A stretch of 64,000 nt of DNA from Minisyncoccota bacterium. Lineage in GTDB: Bacteria; Patescibacteriota; Minisyncoccia; Phycocordibacterales; UBA9973. This document shows, piece by piece, positions 17,510 to 27,237 of the stretch. Positions within the stretch are counted from its first letter, which is position 1; each line of letters starts with the position of its first letter. The DNA is taken from assembly GCA_035491955.1 (NCBI GenBank), contig DATJJU010000001.1, forward strand, positions 393-64,392, read 5' to 3'. The translations under genes and the position numbers were made by a program. The notes below the pieces were generated by a model. The model had not been told where the DNA came from. It was given only the letters and a program-made list of their open reading frames with translations, and did no database searches.

Positions 17510-18295
17510 TTATTTTGCGATAAGCTCAAAGGTATTACTGGTAGCATCGCCGATTTCGAACTGATACATGCCGGATTTCAGGTATGAAGGAAATGTATAG
17601 TTGTATGAACCGGTATTGGAAACATGATACACACGATCAACAAGGCTGACGGATACGCCGACTGATTTCAACGCATCATCGATGAGAAAAATGTCGATCG
17701 GATTCTGCCCTCCTGTCCATTTCAAAGTATATGACCGCCCTACTGTGAATTTTTCACCGCCCGCCGGTACGCTGATATGTACGCTCTGCGCGCCATCTGA
17801 CGGATCACACTCTACTCGTGGATAGAGCAAAATTTCTGACTGCTTTGCTGTATCAGGCACAAGCATGCCATTCTTCGATATAAGCGGATAACGAAGCTGC
17901 TCCAGCCCTGTCTGATTGGTCTGGAATAATTCTTCTTCTTTATTCTTTGAGCCTTCAATCGTATATGAGTACACGGCATCAATAGCATTGCCCTTCACGG
18001 TACCAACAAAAGTTCCATTGTAGCCATTGGTCATATCTGGACCTTCTTGTGTGCCAGTCTTAGTGCCCGTTACTGTATTTCCATTGATAGTGATATCAAG
18101 TTTTTCATGCGTCGTATATGGCGCATCCTTGGTTGCATCATGACTATAGGTGTAGCACTGTCTGCCGTCTTGAAGCGTCAATACTGAAGGTATAGATATA
18201 GGCACAGAATTTTTCTTAAGCAAAAGCTTTTGTGCGGCAATGCTAATGCCGATAAGAACGAGTGCTATGAGTACCAGTATTTTCCATGTCTTCAT
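17510..18295 (-). CDS. hypothetical secreted protein
   Basis: Signal/anchor helix followed by a Thr/Gly-rich beta-rich sequence; 261 aa. Confidence 0.5.
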   Translation of the reverse strand: MKTWKILVLIALVLIGISIAAQKLLLKKNSVPISIPSVLTLQDGRQCYTYSHDATKDAPYTTHEKLDITINGNTVTGTKTGTQEGPDMTNGYNGTFVGTVKGNAIDAVYSYTIEGSKNKEEELFQTNQTGLEQLRYPLISKNGMLVPDTAKQSEILLYPRVECDPSDGAQSVHISVPAGGEKFTVGRSYTLKWTGGQNPIDIFLIDDALKSVGVSVSLVDRVYHVSNTGSYNYTFPSYLKSGMYQFEIGDATSNTFELIAK

Positions 18296-18310
18296 AACTG
18301 CAGTATACGC

Positions 18311-19174
18311 TTATTGAAAAAGATTCATAAACTTCACGGGATCAATCGAAACATTATTTATTCTGACAGTAAGGTGCAGATGCGGACCAATGGCATAGCC
18401 GGTTTGGCCGCTCCAGCCAATGATCTGTCCCTGTTTTACAATCTGCCCTTGCTTCACATTAAACTTCGAAAGATGGAGATAGTATGTCATCAGTCCTTGT
18501 CCGTGATCGATCACGATAGTATTGCCGTACGTTACACTATTCTTTTTCACTACGCGTACGATGCCTCTGCCCATAGCCATGATAGGCGTACCTTCTGGTG
18601 CGCGGAAATCAGTGCCCTTATGCAAAATATCAAAACCATCAGTGTTACGAGTGTAGCCGTAGGGATCAGTAATAGCGATACTGGTTAGTGGGTATATAAA
18701 TGGCGCACTCCATAATGTTTTTTTATTCGTTTTGATATTACTGAAATATACTGCTTCTTTTTTAAGCTCGCTTACGACATTCGCTGCACTTTGCGCAGTA
18801 TCTCCGCCTAACTTATCAGGGATACCGAGTGGCTTCACATCTTGCGGGCGCTCCTGTACTACTACCGGTGTTTTGATGACATCACCGTTCGTCATTGTTG
18901 TCACCACATCGTACGTAGCTGCTTTGAGGTGGATATCGATACCGACCAATACGGTTGGTACGGACTTATACAAGAACACTCCTTCCTTCTTTCCATTAAA
19001 GGTAATGCTTTTGATACTGGATACTTTCGCTACATTCTCCACCTTTATCATAAATGGATCACCTTGTATCAGATCGGTCGGCGTAATCACTACTGTCGGT
19101 GCTACAGCAAAAACCTTCCCAGCTCCCGCAAAAACTACACACATCGCTATAAAACCGATAATGAATTTCTTCAT
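18311..19174 (-). CDS. M23 family metallopeptidase (LytM-like peptidoglycan endopeptidase)
   Basis: Signal peptide, then HKGTDF, the GYTRNTDGFD region, and an HLHL motif. Confidence 0.85.
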   Translation of the reverse strand: MKKFIIGFIAMCVVFAGAGKVFAVAPTVVITPTDLIQGDPFMIKVENVAKVSSIKSITFNGKKEGVFLYKSVPTVLVGIDIHLKAATYDVVTTMTNGDVIKTPVVVQERPQDVKPLGIPDKLGGDTAQSAANVVSELKKEAVYFSNIKTNKKTLWSAPFIYPLTSIAITDPYGYTRNTDGFDILHKGTDFRAPEGTPIMAMGRGIVRVVKKNSVTYGNTIVIDHGQGLMTYYLHLSKFNVKQGQIVKQGQIIGWSGQTGYAIGPHLHLTVRINNVSIDPVKFMNLFQ

Positions 19175-19282
19175 ACTTCCATTATACCTTTTTCCATAGG
19201 TCCAACCTATGAGTTTTGATCAGGCAATATTGTTGACAAAAAAGGGAGAAAACGTAGGATAGGAAAAACTTAATCATTCTTT

Positions 19283-19906
19283 ATGAAACCAAGACTTATT
19301 GTATTTGCTTCAGGCTCTGCCACAGGTGGCGGATCTGGCTTTGAAAAACTTTGTATTGCCGCACAAGACGGAACCCTGCAGGCAAAGATTGTTGCTGTTG
19401 TATCAAACCATCAGAATGGCGGCGTAAGAAAAATTGCCGAAAAATACAGCATACCTTTTGAGCATTTTAATGGCCCTTATATTGCATCAGAATATTGGCG
19501 GATAAACATACAATACAAAGCAGAATGGACAGCATTGTCAGGCTGGATAAAAATAGTAAAAGGATTGAATCCTCGTACTACTATTAATATTCATCCTGGA
19601 CCCCTCCCGGAATTTGGCGGCAAAGGATTCTATGGGCATCACGTACATGAAGCAGTGCTCGCTGCTTATAAACGCGGCGAAGTTACCCATTCTGCTGTAA
19701 CAATGCATTTTGTAACACCGGTATATGATGAAGGACCACATATTCTTCGTATTCCTGTTCCTATAATGCCTGATGACACTACTGACACGCTTGGCAAGCG
19801 AGTAAATGAAGTTGAACATATGTGGCAAGCAAAAATCACCAACCTGGTTGTCAATAAAAGCATTTTTCTTGATAAAGGAATCGTTGTAGGAGCAATCCTA
19901 CACTAA
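19283..19906 (+). CDS. purN: phosphoribosylglycinamide formyltransferase
   Basis: Formyl-transferase N-terminal domain (FASGSATGG...IHPGPLP...H...D). Adjacent and convergent to purL. Confidence 0.7.
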   Translation: MKPRLIVFASGSATGGGSGFEKLCIAAQDGTLQAKIVAVVSNHQNGGVRKIAEKYSIPFEHFNGPYIASEYWRINIQYKAEWTALSGWIKIVKGLNPRTTINIHPGPLPEFGGKGFYGHHVHEAVLAAYKRGEVTHSAVTMHFVTPVYDEGPHILRIPVPIMPDDTTDTLGKRVNEVEHMWQAKITNLVVNKSIFLDKGIVVGAILH

Positions 19907-19910
19907 AAAA

Positions 19911-19940
19911 TACCCTGAAGTCGATATCGACTTCAGGGTA
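19911..19940. terminator. bidirectional terminator (perfect palindrome ACCCTGAAGTCGATATCGACTTCAGGGT) between purN and purL
   Basis: 28-nt perfect palindrome flanked by an A6 run and a T-rich stretch. Confidence 0.8.
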
Positions 19941-19947
19941 TTATTAC

Positions 19948-22900
19948 TTACAAGGAACTATTTTCATCACACCATATTCGGGCATTTTGAAAAAGTTTCA
20001 ACCAAGGAGAGGCGCTGTACTGCTCCCACTCCGGCGGCAGCCATGGCAATTGCCATTTTAGGAAACAACGCTCCGGATGAGGCATCATTGCCAGATGCCG
20101 GCCGTCAGGCGAACAAAGTGCCGTAGCTCCTTCGGGTGAACCGTTAGGATTATACGGATACTGTTCTGTCGGATTTCCTGCCACATCGATGTATCTCATC
20201 GCAATCAGCTGTTTCTCAGCAACTGCCTGTTCTACATTTTTGTCAGGAAACAATAACTTCCCTTCACCATGAGCAACCCAAATTCCGAGCTTCGATCCTG
20301 CCATGCCTTTCAGCATGATTGCAGGAGTATCCTCAATTTGCACATGCACCCAGTTTGATTCAAATCTCCCCGATACATTATGAACAAATCGAGGCTGAGC
20401 TTTTTTTGAATGCTTGGTTCCAGGAATCCATCCTAACAACGCCATAAGCTGACAACCATTACACACTCCGAAAGAAAATGTATCGGGGCGTTTATAAAAC
20501 GCATCAAACATTTTTTTAACTTTTTTATTGGAACGAATAATAGCAGCCCATCCTTTGCCGCTGCCAAAGACGTCAGCATAGGAGAACCCTCCCACAAACA
20601 CGATGCCTCTAAACCTATCAAGGCTTATTGCTCCGCTTACGAGATCGGTCACAGTAACATCCCATGGTTCGAATCCTGCAGCAAAGAATGCTGAGGTCAT
20701 CTCACGGTCACCATTGCTTCCTACTTCGCGGATAATAGCGATCTTAGGCTTTGAGGTTTCAACCAAACGGGAATGGTCTGTCTCTTCGGGGACAAATGTC
20801 AGTCCGTATTGAGGCAGTGTTTGACGTGCCTGTATGGCTTCCTTTGCTTGCAAAGCGCAAAGAGGATTCATTTGTAATAATTCAAGTTCATCGCTTGTTG
20901 CTTCCCACCATTTTCTTATGGTGACAAGCTCTTCATTGAAAACTTCTTCCTTGTCACAAAATATCCTTATCGTTGGCGCTTCTGTCGTAGTACCGATTGT
21001 AGTAAGACAATCTCCTATGCCATGTTTTTGCATAATATCGATAATCTCAGCAACATCACGGTACTTATGGGTAATCACCACGCCAAGCTCCTCATTACAA
21101 AGTCTGGCTACAGGTTCGTCAGGCAGACCAATGACCATTCCTTTATTTCCGGCCATAGCCATTTCTACTATCGTGGTAATAAGTCCGCCATCACTGCGGT
21201 CATGCCCGGCTGTGATCAATCCCCGATCAATTAATTCCTGTATCGCAGCAAAGCCGTTTTTCAGAAGCTCTGGATCGTCCACATCAGGACAGTCGTTACC
21301 GAGCTGGCCTAATGATTGCGCTACCGCAGAACCGCCCAAACGTTTCTTGCCGCGCGACAAGTCGATCAGTGCGATCGATTCTCCTTTTGCTTTGAGATCC
21401 GGCGTTACTACTTTTGTAATGTCAGGCACTGAAACGTATCCTGATATCACAAGCTGAGATGGCGCTTTGACAATTTCTCCGTCAACTTTCGCTGACATTG
21501 ATAAGCTGTCTTTTCCTCCATCAATTTCAGCTCCGCCAAGAGCTGCGAGCAAATTTTTCACAGCTTCTGCAGCGTCGTATATAACAGCGCCTTCACTAGG
21601 TAATTTTGCAGGGCACATCCAATTGCCAGAAGTTTTAATTGCTGACAATCCATCGGACTTCACCCATACAATATTAGTAAGCATTTCGCCTACTGCCATT
21701 CTTGCGCCAGCCGCCGGGTTAAGCAGCATTTTAATGGGCTGCTCGCCGTTGGCTGTTGCCATGCCGGTCAGACCAAAATGGCTTTGCGCGCAGACTGCGA
21801 CATTTCCTACCGGAAGATGGAGCGGCCCGCAACATTGCTGTTGAGCAATCAATCCTGTAACACTGCGATCTACTTTCCGAACTAAAAATCCTTTTGATCC
21901 CACCGATGGAAGCTTGAGCATTTGTTCAATAATTTCCGCCAGGGGCACATCAGGTATCTGTATTTCAGTAAGTAGCTGCGGAGAGCGTTCAAATGAAAAA
22001 GTTTTCTGCGGCATATTGCCGAGAATCTTTTCCAGTTCAAGCTTCACTGGCGTTGTATCATTTGACGAATCATAAAGTGTTATCAACCCATCGCCTGTTA
22101 CTGTTCCCAGTACTTCGCATGGAACATCTTCCCGCTCGCAGATAGCCTTAAACAATTTAAGTCTGCTGTCTTTTAAAAGCAGCGCCAATCGCTCCTGATA
22201 TTCAGCGCCCCAAATTTCGAGCACTGACATACTGCTGTCTCCCACGTTAATGGCGCGAATATCTATTCGGCCTCCAACAGGGTCAACAATTTCAGTCACT
22301 ACATTGCACGGGCCACCGGCACCCTGATCATGAATGCTGACAATAGGATTGTCAGTACCAAGCTCAATGCATGCCCGGATAACACGATTAACCTTTTGGG
22401 CCATTTGCGCGTTTCCTCGCTGTACTGAGTTGAAATCCAAATCTTCAGTGTTTTGGCCCTGCGTCATGCTTGATGCAGCGCCGCCACCCAGTCCGATTCT
22501 GTAAGCCGGTCCGCCAATTTGAATAATGAGCATTCCAGCAGAAGGCTGTTCTTTGTGCGTATGGATAGCATTCATTTGGCCAATACCGCCAGTGAACATG
22601 ATTGGTTTGACCCATTCACGGCGTTCACCGCCAGGTAGGCGCAGACCAAAACTTCTTACAAAACCATTTACTACCGGCTCGCCGAATTTGTTTCCATAGT
22701 CTGATGCGCCATTTGACGCATCAATAAGGATTTCTATCGGTGAGCGATAATTTTTAGGATAAGAAAAAGCTCTGTCTTCTCCCGGAATCACATATCCGGG
22801 CAATGTCAGATTTCCCACACAATAACCAGCAGTACCGGCAATCACTAAGCCTCCCCTGCCTGTCGCCTGAACATCCCGTATGCGACCGCCAGTACCTGTC

Positions 22901-23760
22901 TCTGCTCCGCGAAAAGCTTCAATCATCGTCGGATGATTGTGAGTCTCGGCAGTAAAGATAATGTTGTACTGAGGATGAGCACTATGGAACGGCGAAGGCA
23001 AGCCAGGCCAGGTAGGAATAATCGTTTCTACCGTAAAGCCCTTGATAGCGCTGGAGTTGTCAGAAAATGCAATCACGCTGTTGTGAGCATTTCCTCGAAC
23101 TTTTAACGGATACTTTACAATATCCATCAGCGATAACGGCATTTCTTTACCATCAATAAAAATCTTTCCTTTGAAAAACCAGTGTCTGCAATGTTCGCTA
23201 TTGGCCTGGCCAAGCTGAAAGCATTCGACGTTTGTGGGATTCCTTTTGAAATCTTTTGTAAATAGATGATAGTAGAAATCAATATCCCAGGCGTCCATTC
23301 CCAGCCCCATTGAAGCGTTGATGCGCCGCAAGGCGTCCGGACCTTCTTCAAGAAGCGGGACAGTGTACACCTTCTCAGGTTCAACACTAATGGCAAATGA
23401 TTGCGGAATCTGATCGTAGACACACTCGGTCATTTTGTCATACAAATCCTGTACGACTTTTTTACCATCAGCATATCTGCGAATGATTTCAATCCGCAAT
23501 ACTTTTTCCAATCCAATAGCAGCACAAATCGCTACTGCATTACTCGACATCGCTGTCTCAACAGCAGGGCGTGGCCCTATCTGAATCAGATCGTGACCCG
23601 CAAGATGCGAATCGGCAGTAGTGAGTTCTGGCTGATATGTTTCCGAAAGAAGCCAGTATAATTTTTGCATTTCTGCGGCATTGAGTGGCTTGTTTGTTTC
23701 CACACAAAAGCATAGTTCATGGTCGCTGCCATCGTTTTGTTGATAGACTTGCGTGATCAT
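19948..23760 (-). CDS. purL: phosphoribosylformylglycinamidine synthase, single-chain large PurL (with a C-terminal glutaminase domain)
   Basis: About 1270 aa covering the N-terminal, FGAM-synthetase and triad-glutaminase (GVCNGCQ) domains. An alternative start exists at 23790. Confidence 0.93.
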   Translation of the reverse strand: MITQVYQQNDGSDHELCFCVETNKPLNAAEMQKLYWLLSETYQPELTTADSHLAGHDLIQIGPRPAVETAMSSNAVAICAAIGLEKVLRIEIIRRYADGKKVVQDLYDKMTECVYDQIPQSFAISVEPEKVYTVPLLEEGPDALRRINASMGLGMDAWDIDFYYHLFTKDFKRNPTNVECFQLGQANSEHCRHWFFKGKIFIDGKEMPLSLMDIVKYPLKVRGNAHNSVIAFSDNSSAIKGFTVETIIPTWPGLPSPFHSAHPQYNIIFTAETHNHPTMIEAFRGAETGTGGRIRDVQATGRGGLVIAGTAGYCVGNLTLPGYVIPGEDRAFSYPKNYRSPIEILIDASNGASDYGNKFGEPVVNGFVRSFGLRLPGGERREWVKPIMFTGGIGQMNAIHTHKEQPSAGMLIIQIGGPAYRIGLGGGAASSMTQGQNTEDLDFNSVQRGNAQMAQKVNRVIRACIELGTDNPIVSIHDQGAGGPCNVVTEIVDPVGGRIDIRAINVGDSSMSVLEIWGAEYQERLALLLKDSRLKLFKAICEREDVPCEVLGTVTGDGLITLYDSSNDTTPVKLELEKILGNMPQKTFSFERSPQLLTEIQIPDVPLAEIIEQMLKLPSVGSKGFLVRKVDRSVTGLIAQQQCCGPLHLPVGNVAVCAQSHFGLTGMATANGEQPIKMLLNPAAGARMAVGEMLTNIVWVKSDGLSAIKTSGNWMCPAKLPSEGAVIYDAAEAVKNLLAALGGAEIDGGKDSLSMSAKVDGEIVKAPSQLVISGYVSVPDITKVVTPDLKAKGESIALIDLSRGKKRLGGSAVAQSLGQLGNDCPDVDDPELLKNGFAAIQELIDRGLITAGHDRSDGGLITTIVEMAMAGNKGMVIGLPDEPVARLCNEELGVVITHKYRDVAEIIDIMQKHGIGDCLTTIGTTTEAPTIRIFCDKEEVFNEELVTIRKWWEATSDELELLQMNPLCALQAKEAIQARQTLPQYGLTFVPEETDHSRLVETSKPKIAIIREVGSNGDREMTSAFFAAGFEPWDVTVTDLVSGAISLDRFRGIVFVGGFSYADVFGSGKGWAAIIRSNKKVKKMFDAFYKRPDTFSFGVCNGCQLMALLGWIPGTKHSKKAQPRFVHNVSGRFESNWVHVQIEDTPAIMLKGMAGSKLGIWVAHGEGKLLFPDKNVEQAVAEKQLIAMRYIDVAGNPTEQYPYNPNGSPEGATALCSPDGRHLAMMPHPERCFLKWQLPWLPPEWEQYSASPWLKLFQNARIWCDENSSL

Positions 23761-23909
23761 TGTATACCTCCTTTTTTTGATTTTTTTCAATGAAATGTGT
23801 ATTTGGGCTCATTCTACTGAAATGGGTTCAAATAGCAATATAGTCAAATTTCTCTTATTGACATTTATATGTTTTAATGTTATTTTTTTATCGAACTAAC
23901 AATTAAATA

Positions 23910-24146
23910 ATGAAAAGAAAAAAGAACGCAGAAAAGGATTGTTATTATGCAATTGTCGGCAATCCGAAAAAAGAGCTCGCGGTGAAAGAGATCGATATGG
24001 CTCTCAAAGTAACTGCCGGTACCCCTATTACCTTCGTTAAGAAAATGATAAGAGATAGAGGACGGAAACATCTCGGCATAACTAGAGTAGAAATATCAGT
24101 TCTGGAAAAAATTGAACCAGAAGCATACGAATTTATTGCTGCATAA
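23910..24146 (+). CDS. hypothetical small protein
   Basis: 78-aa ORF sitting behind an AT-rich promoter-like region; no homology recognised. Confidence 0.3.
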   Translation: MKRKKNAEKDCYYAIVGNPKKELAVKEIDMALKVTAGTPITFVKKMIRDRGRKHLGITRVEISVLEKIEPEAYEFIAA

Positions 24147-24189
24147 CATCTTGCGCTAACGAACGCTGACTATAGAAAAATAGGCGGCG

Positions 24190-24337
24190 TTTTTATTTTT
24201 TTCTAAATACCAATCCGATGATTGTACCGACAATCACGCCGATCACGATCCATTGCAAAAGACTGTGTGTAATGGTGCCAATAACAACGCCAACAATTAC
24301 CCCAACAACGATTGCTTTTTGTACTATGTTTTTCATA
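24190..24337 (-). CDS. small hydrophobic peptide (about 48 aa, MKNIVQKAIVVGVIVGVVIGTITHSLLQWIVIGVIVGTIIGLVF), probably leaderless
   Basis: A TATAAT box lies 7 nt upstream of the ATG on the minus strand. The ORF is below the track's size cutoff. Confidence 0.3.
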
Positions 24338-24378
24338 CGATAATTATACCAAAAGTAAATGGGGTCAGACCCCGTTGA

Positions 24379-24948
24379 CTATTTTACAATTTTATAGTGT
24401 AGCGCCATTATTCCGCCTTCGATTTGTTCGGAGTGTACGAGTTCAAGATTGTATTGTTTTTCAATTTTTCTGATGAAGGTCAAACCTTGTCCTAGTACAA
24501 CTGGACTGACAGTAAACTGAAATTCGTCGATAAGGTCCATTTGCATCAAAGAGAATGCGAGCGTTGGGCTGCCGAAAATGACGAGGTCTTTCCCTTCACC
24601 TTCTTTCAGCTTTTTTACTTCCTCTTCTACACTATCACTGATCACTCGTGTATTGTTCCACTCTTCCTTATCCAACGTCGTTGAAAAAACAATTTTCTCT
24701 ATTCCCTCAATCCACTGTGCATGTTCCTTTTCATGTTCCGTTGCTGACTCAGCATTTAACAATGCTGGCCAATAGCCCTTCATCAATTCATATGTCTTGC
24801 GACCATACATTGCAATACCGACACTCTGAACAATGCCTTCTGCATACTTCTCAAGCGCTCCATTATATGGGATCCATTCCAATCCTCCTGTTGTAGTTGC
24901 ACAGTAGCCATCCAGCGACTGATGTAAAAATAATACGATTTTTCTCAT
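24379..24948 (-). CDS. dihydrofolate reductase-family protein (RibD C-terminal-domain type, YwjB/YyaP-like)
   Basis: Begins LDGYCATTTGGLEWI...GRKTYE...YWP, the typical DHFR-like reductase fold; 189 aa. Confidence 0.75.
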   Translation of the reverse strand: MRKIVLFLHQSLDGYCATTTGGLEWIPYNGALEKYAEGIVQSVGIAMYGRKTYELMKGYWPALLNAESATEHEKEHAQWIEGIEKIVFSTTLDKEEWNNTRVISDSVEEEVKKLKEGEGKDLVIFGSPTLAFSLMQMDLIDEFQFTVSPVVLGQGLTFIRKIEKQYNLELVHSEQIEGGIMALHYKIVK

Positions 24949-24964
24949 ATGTTTTATTATACCC

Positions 24965-24996
24965 TATTTGCTGGCAGTTTGGGTCGATGTTGGAAC
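24965..24996. repeat. copy 1 of a 32-bp direct repeat (TATTTGCTGGCAGTTTGGGTCGATGTTGGAAC), 7 nt upstream of a TTGACA -35 box
   Basis: Exact 32/32 match with 25485-25516. Confidence 0.9.
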
Positions 24997-25003
24997 CGTA
25001 TTG

Positions 25004-25031
25004 TTGACAGAATCGTGATAAGACGTAGTAT
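25004..25031 (+). promoter_or_regulatory. sigma70-like promoter (TTGACA-16-TAGTAT) for the 25050 gene
   Basis: Consensus -35 box, 16-nt spacer, and a near-consensus -10 box. Confidence 0.55.
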
Positions 25032-25049
25032 TCAGAAAAACTTAACGTT

Positions 25050-25439
25050 ATGCAGACAACCTGGCTAGGAGACTTTTTTGAAAGGATCAAATACCCCGTC
25101 GCAATTTGCAATGGAGGACACATGGAGCAATTTGAGCTTGCAATGGAATTTATCTTTGAATCAGACGGGGTACCGTTCACCCATGAGGATAATCTTTATC
25201 ATCGAGATGATTATGACTTATCAAAATACAAAACAATTGTGTTTGATACTAAGACTTCTATAAATTCTCAAACTCAAAAGATTTTTTCTTTTGACAAGAG
25301 TAATCTCGAGCTGGTCATAGTAGGCGAGCCTGCGTTTTTCAAAATTAAAGACATGATTAAGGAATTAAAGATTGATTGCTTAGTATTCCGTTACCCAGAA
25401 CATGAATTCATTGATCCATTTGTAAGACCTTCAGATTAA
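25050..25439 (+). CDS. hypothetical protein
   Basis: 129-aa ORF. Confidence 0.5.
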   Translation: MQTTWLGDFFERIKYPVAICNGGHMEQFELAMEFIFESDGVPFTHEDNLYHRDDYDLSKYKTIVFDTKTSINSQTQKIFSFDKSNLELVIVGEPAFFKIKDMIKELKIDCLVFRYPEHEFIDPFVRPSD

Positions 25440-25484
25440 TAATTTTTTAAAGTTACTAAAGACTGCTTAATATGTGGTCTTTTT

Positions 25485-25516
25485 TATTTGCTGGCAGTTT
25501 GGGTCGATGTTGGAAC
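25485..25516. repeat. copy 2 of the 32-bp direct repeat, 10 nt upstream of a TTGACA -35 box
   Basis: Exact match to 24965-24996. Confidence 0.9.
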
Positions 25517-25526
25517 TTTGATATCA

Positions 25527-25554
25527 TTGACAAATTCATATTTATATGTAATAT
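25527..25554 (+). promoter_or_regulatory. sigma70-like promoter (TTGACA-16-TAATAT) for the 25578 gene
   Basis: Consensus -35 box and a good -10 box. Confidence 0.6.
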
Positions 25555-25577
25555 AAAATAAAACTTAAAAGTACAAT

Positions 25578-26009
25578 ATGGAAACACTAACTGACCGTGA
25601 CGTTGAATTTGCAATAGAAATGTTCAACCTTACAGCAGGCGGAGTAATATTCGACTGCACCTATCGCTCCAAAGTTGTTGCGAGCAAAATTTTTGATGGA
25701 AACATAGTGCTGCTGACACGGATGACGATGAAAGGAAAGAGCGGCGAAAAAGAAGAGGCATCGCAAATTCATGTAACGAATCGTTCAATGTCACTTGTCT
25801 ACACAAAGCCATCGAGAACCTTTACCTACTTCAACACCATCGAAAAGAACCCATGCGGCGCAAAACCGATGTATCATGACCCTTCGGCCGAATTCAAGGA
25901 AATACTCTCTTTGGAAGAAAAAGGCGGCGCCTATTTAATTAAGGTGCTGACAAACGGCAACGTGGAAAAAGGAATCATGGTTGGCGAGCCCAAAATGGAA
26001 ACCGCTTAA
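25578..26009 (+). CDS. hypothetical protein
   Basis: 143-aa ORF followed by a terminator. Confidence 0.5.
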   Translation: METLTDRDVEFAIEMFNLTAGGVIFDCTYRSKVVASKIFDGNIVLLTRMTMKGKSGEKEEASQIHVTNRSMSLVYTKPSRTFTYFNTIEKNPCGAKPMYHDPSAEFKEILSLEEKGGAYLIKVLTNGNVEKGIMVGEPKMETA

Positions 26010-26027
26010 GCTTAAAAAGAAACTTTG

Positions 26028-26059
26028 GAACCCGAGATAATATCAAGGGTTCTTTTTTT
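26028..26059 (+). terminator. rho-independent terminator (GAACCC-13-nt loop-GGGTTC followed by T7)
   Basis: Hairpin followed by a T tract. Confidence 0.7.
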
Positions 26060-26066
26060 ATTTATG

Positions 26067-26137
26067 CTGTCGGACTAGGACTCGAACCTAGATACACAGG
26101 ACCAAAACCTGTAGTCCTACCATTAGACGATCCGACA
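26067..26137 (-). tRNA. tRNA-Gln (anticodon UUG)
   Basis: Hand-folded cloverleaf with a U1:A72 pair, a GUCU/GGAC D-stem, anticodon loop UUUUGGU and T-loop TTCGAGT. Confidence 0.8.
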
Positions 26138-26175
26138 AGGTAGGCAATAAAATTGCTCTGTTTTTATAACACAAA

Positions 26176-27228
26176 TTATGCTTCTTTGGAAGCTGATTCC
26201 ATTCCTGTCATTTCAATGAAAGCCAGCTCGAGTGGGAGGGTTGGGATAGAGGCATAGGCGATGCGTTCGATGGCGGTGATGAGGGCGACGATGCCGCGAG
26301 AGGAAATAGCGTCAGGATTTTCTACTGCCCCGCGTTTGATGACCTCAGTGTATTGTTCAGAGTGGTCAGCTTCGATCTGTTCACGAGCGCTTGGCGAGTA
26401 GCGATACATCAGTGAGAGACGCATGGTATCGAGGAGGAGCTGAGCGAGCAGCATCATGTCCGTGTGATGCTGTTCTGCGCGTGCGAGGGTCTTGTATAGT
26501 GCATCCATATCCTTTTCAATCAGCGCGCTGTACAGCTCATGAATGACAGTCAGCGATGGCGCGCCTGTCACAGACTCCGTCAGTTCTCGAGTGACGGTTC
26601 TGCCCTTCGCAGAAGAAAATACTTTTTGCAAAATGCTAAGCGTATCGCGGAATGAGCCATCGCCAAGGAATGCTACCAGCGATGCACTGTCGCCATCGAT
26701 CACTATTTTTTCTTCCTTAGCGATACGCTCCACCTCTTTTACAAGCGTGCGCTCTGTTGGTTTGCGGAATGAAAATACCTGGCAGCGAGAAAGAATGGTT
26801 TCAGGAACTTTATCGAGCTCTGTCGTCGCAAGAATAAAAATACAGTGCGCTGGCGGTTCTTCCAATGTCTTCAGAAGCGCATTAAAAGCATCGCGAGAAA
26901 GCATGTGCACTTCATCGATAATATAGACCTTGAAGCGTGATGAGAATGGCAATACGCGCACTGCTTCGCGCAGCGCACGGATGTCATCGATACCTCTATT
27001 AGAGGCTGCATCAATTTCTAGAATGTCTTCTGGGTTAGTGCCCAAAGCTTTAGCAAAAATACGAGCTACAGAGGTCTTACCGGTACCGCGACTGCCGGTG
27101 AAAAGATATGCGTGAGAGAAATTGCCATTATCAATAGATTGAGAGAGGACAGAGACAATATGCTCCTGCCCTACTACTTCCTCCCAATTGCTCGGACGAT
27201 ATTTACGATACAGTACTTGGTCGTGCAT
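26176..27228 (-). CDS. dnaX: DNA polymerase III gamma/tau subunit (short form)
   Basis: YRKYRP...VVGQ, Walker A GSRGTGKTS, the DEVHML Walker B, and SRCQ; only 350 aa. Confidence 0.85.
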   Translation of the reverse strand: MHDQVLYRKYRPSNWEEVVGQEHIVSVLSQSIDNGNFSHAYLFTGSRGTGKTSVARIFAKALGTNPEDILEIDAASNRGIDDIRALREAVRVLPFSSRFKVYIIDEVHMLSRDAFNALLKTLEEPPAHCIFILATTELDKVPETILSRCQVFSFRKPTERTLVKEVERIAKEEKIVIDGDSASLVAFLGDGSFRDTLSILQKVFSSAKGRTVTRELTESVTGAPSLTVIHELYSALIEKDMDALYKTLARAEQHHTDMMLLAQLLLDTMRLSLMYRYSPSAREQIEADHSEQYTEVIKRGAVENPDAISSRGIVALITAIERIAYASIPTLPLELAFIEMTGMESASKEA

Positions 27229-27237
27229 GTGGCCTTA

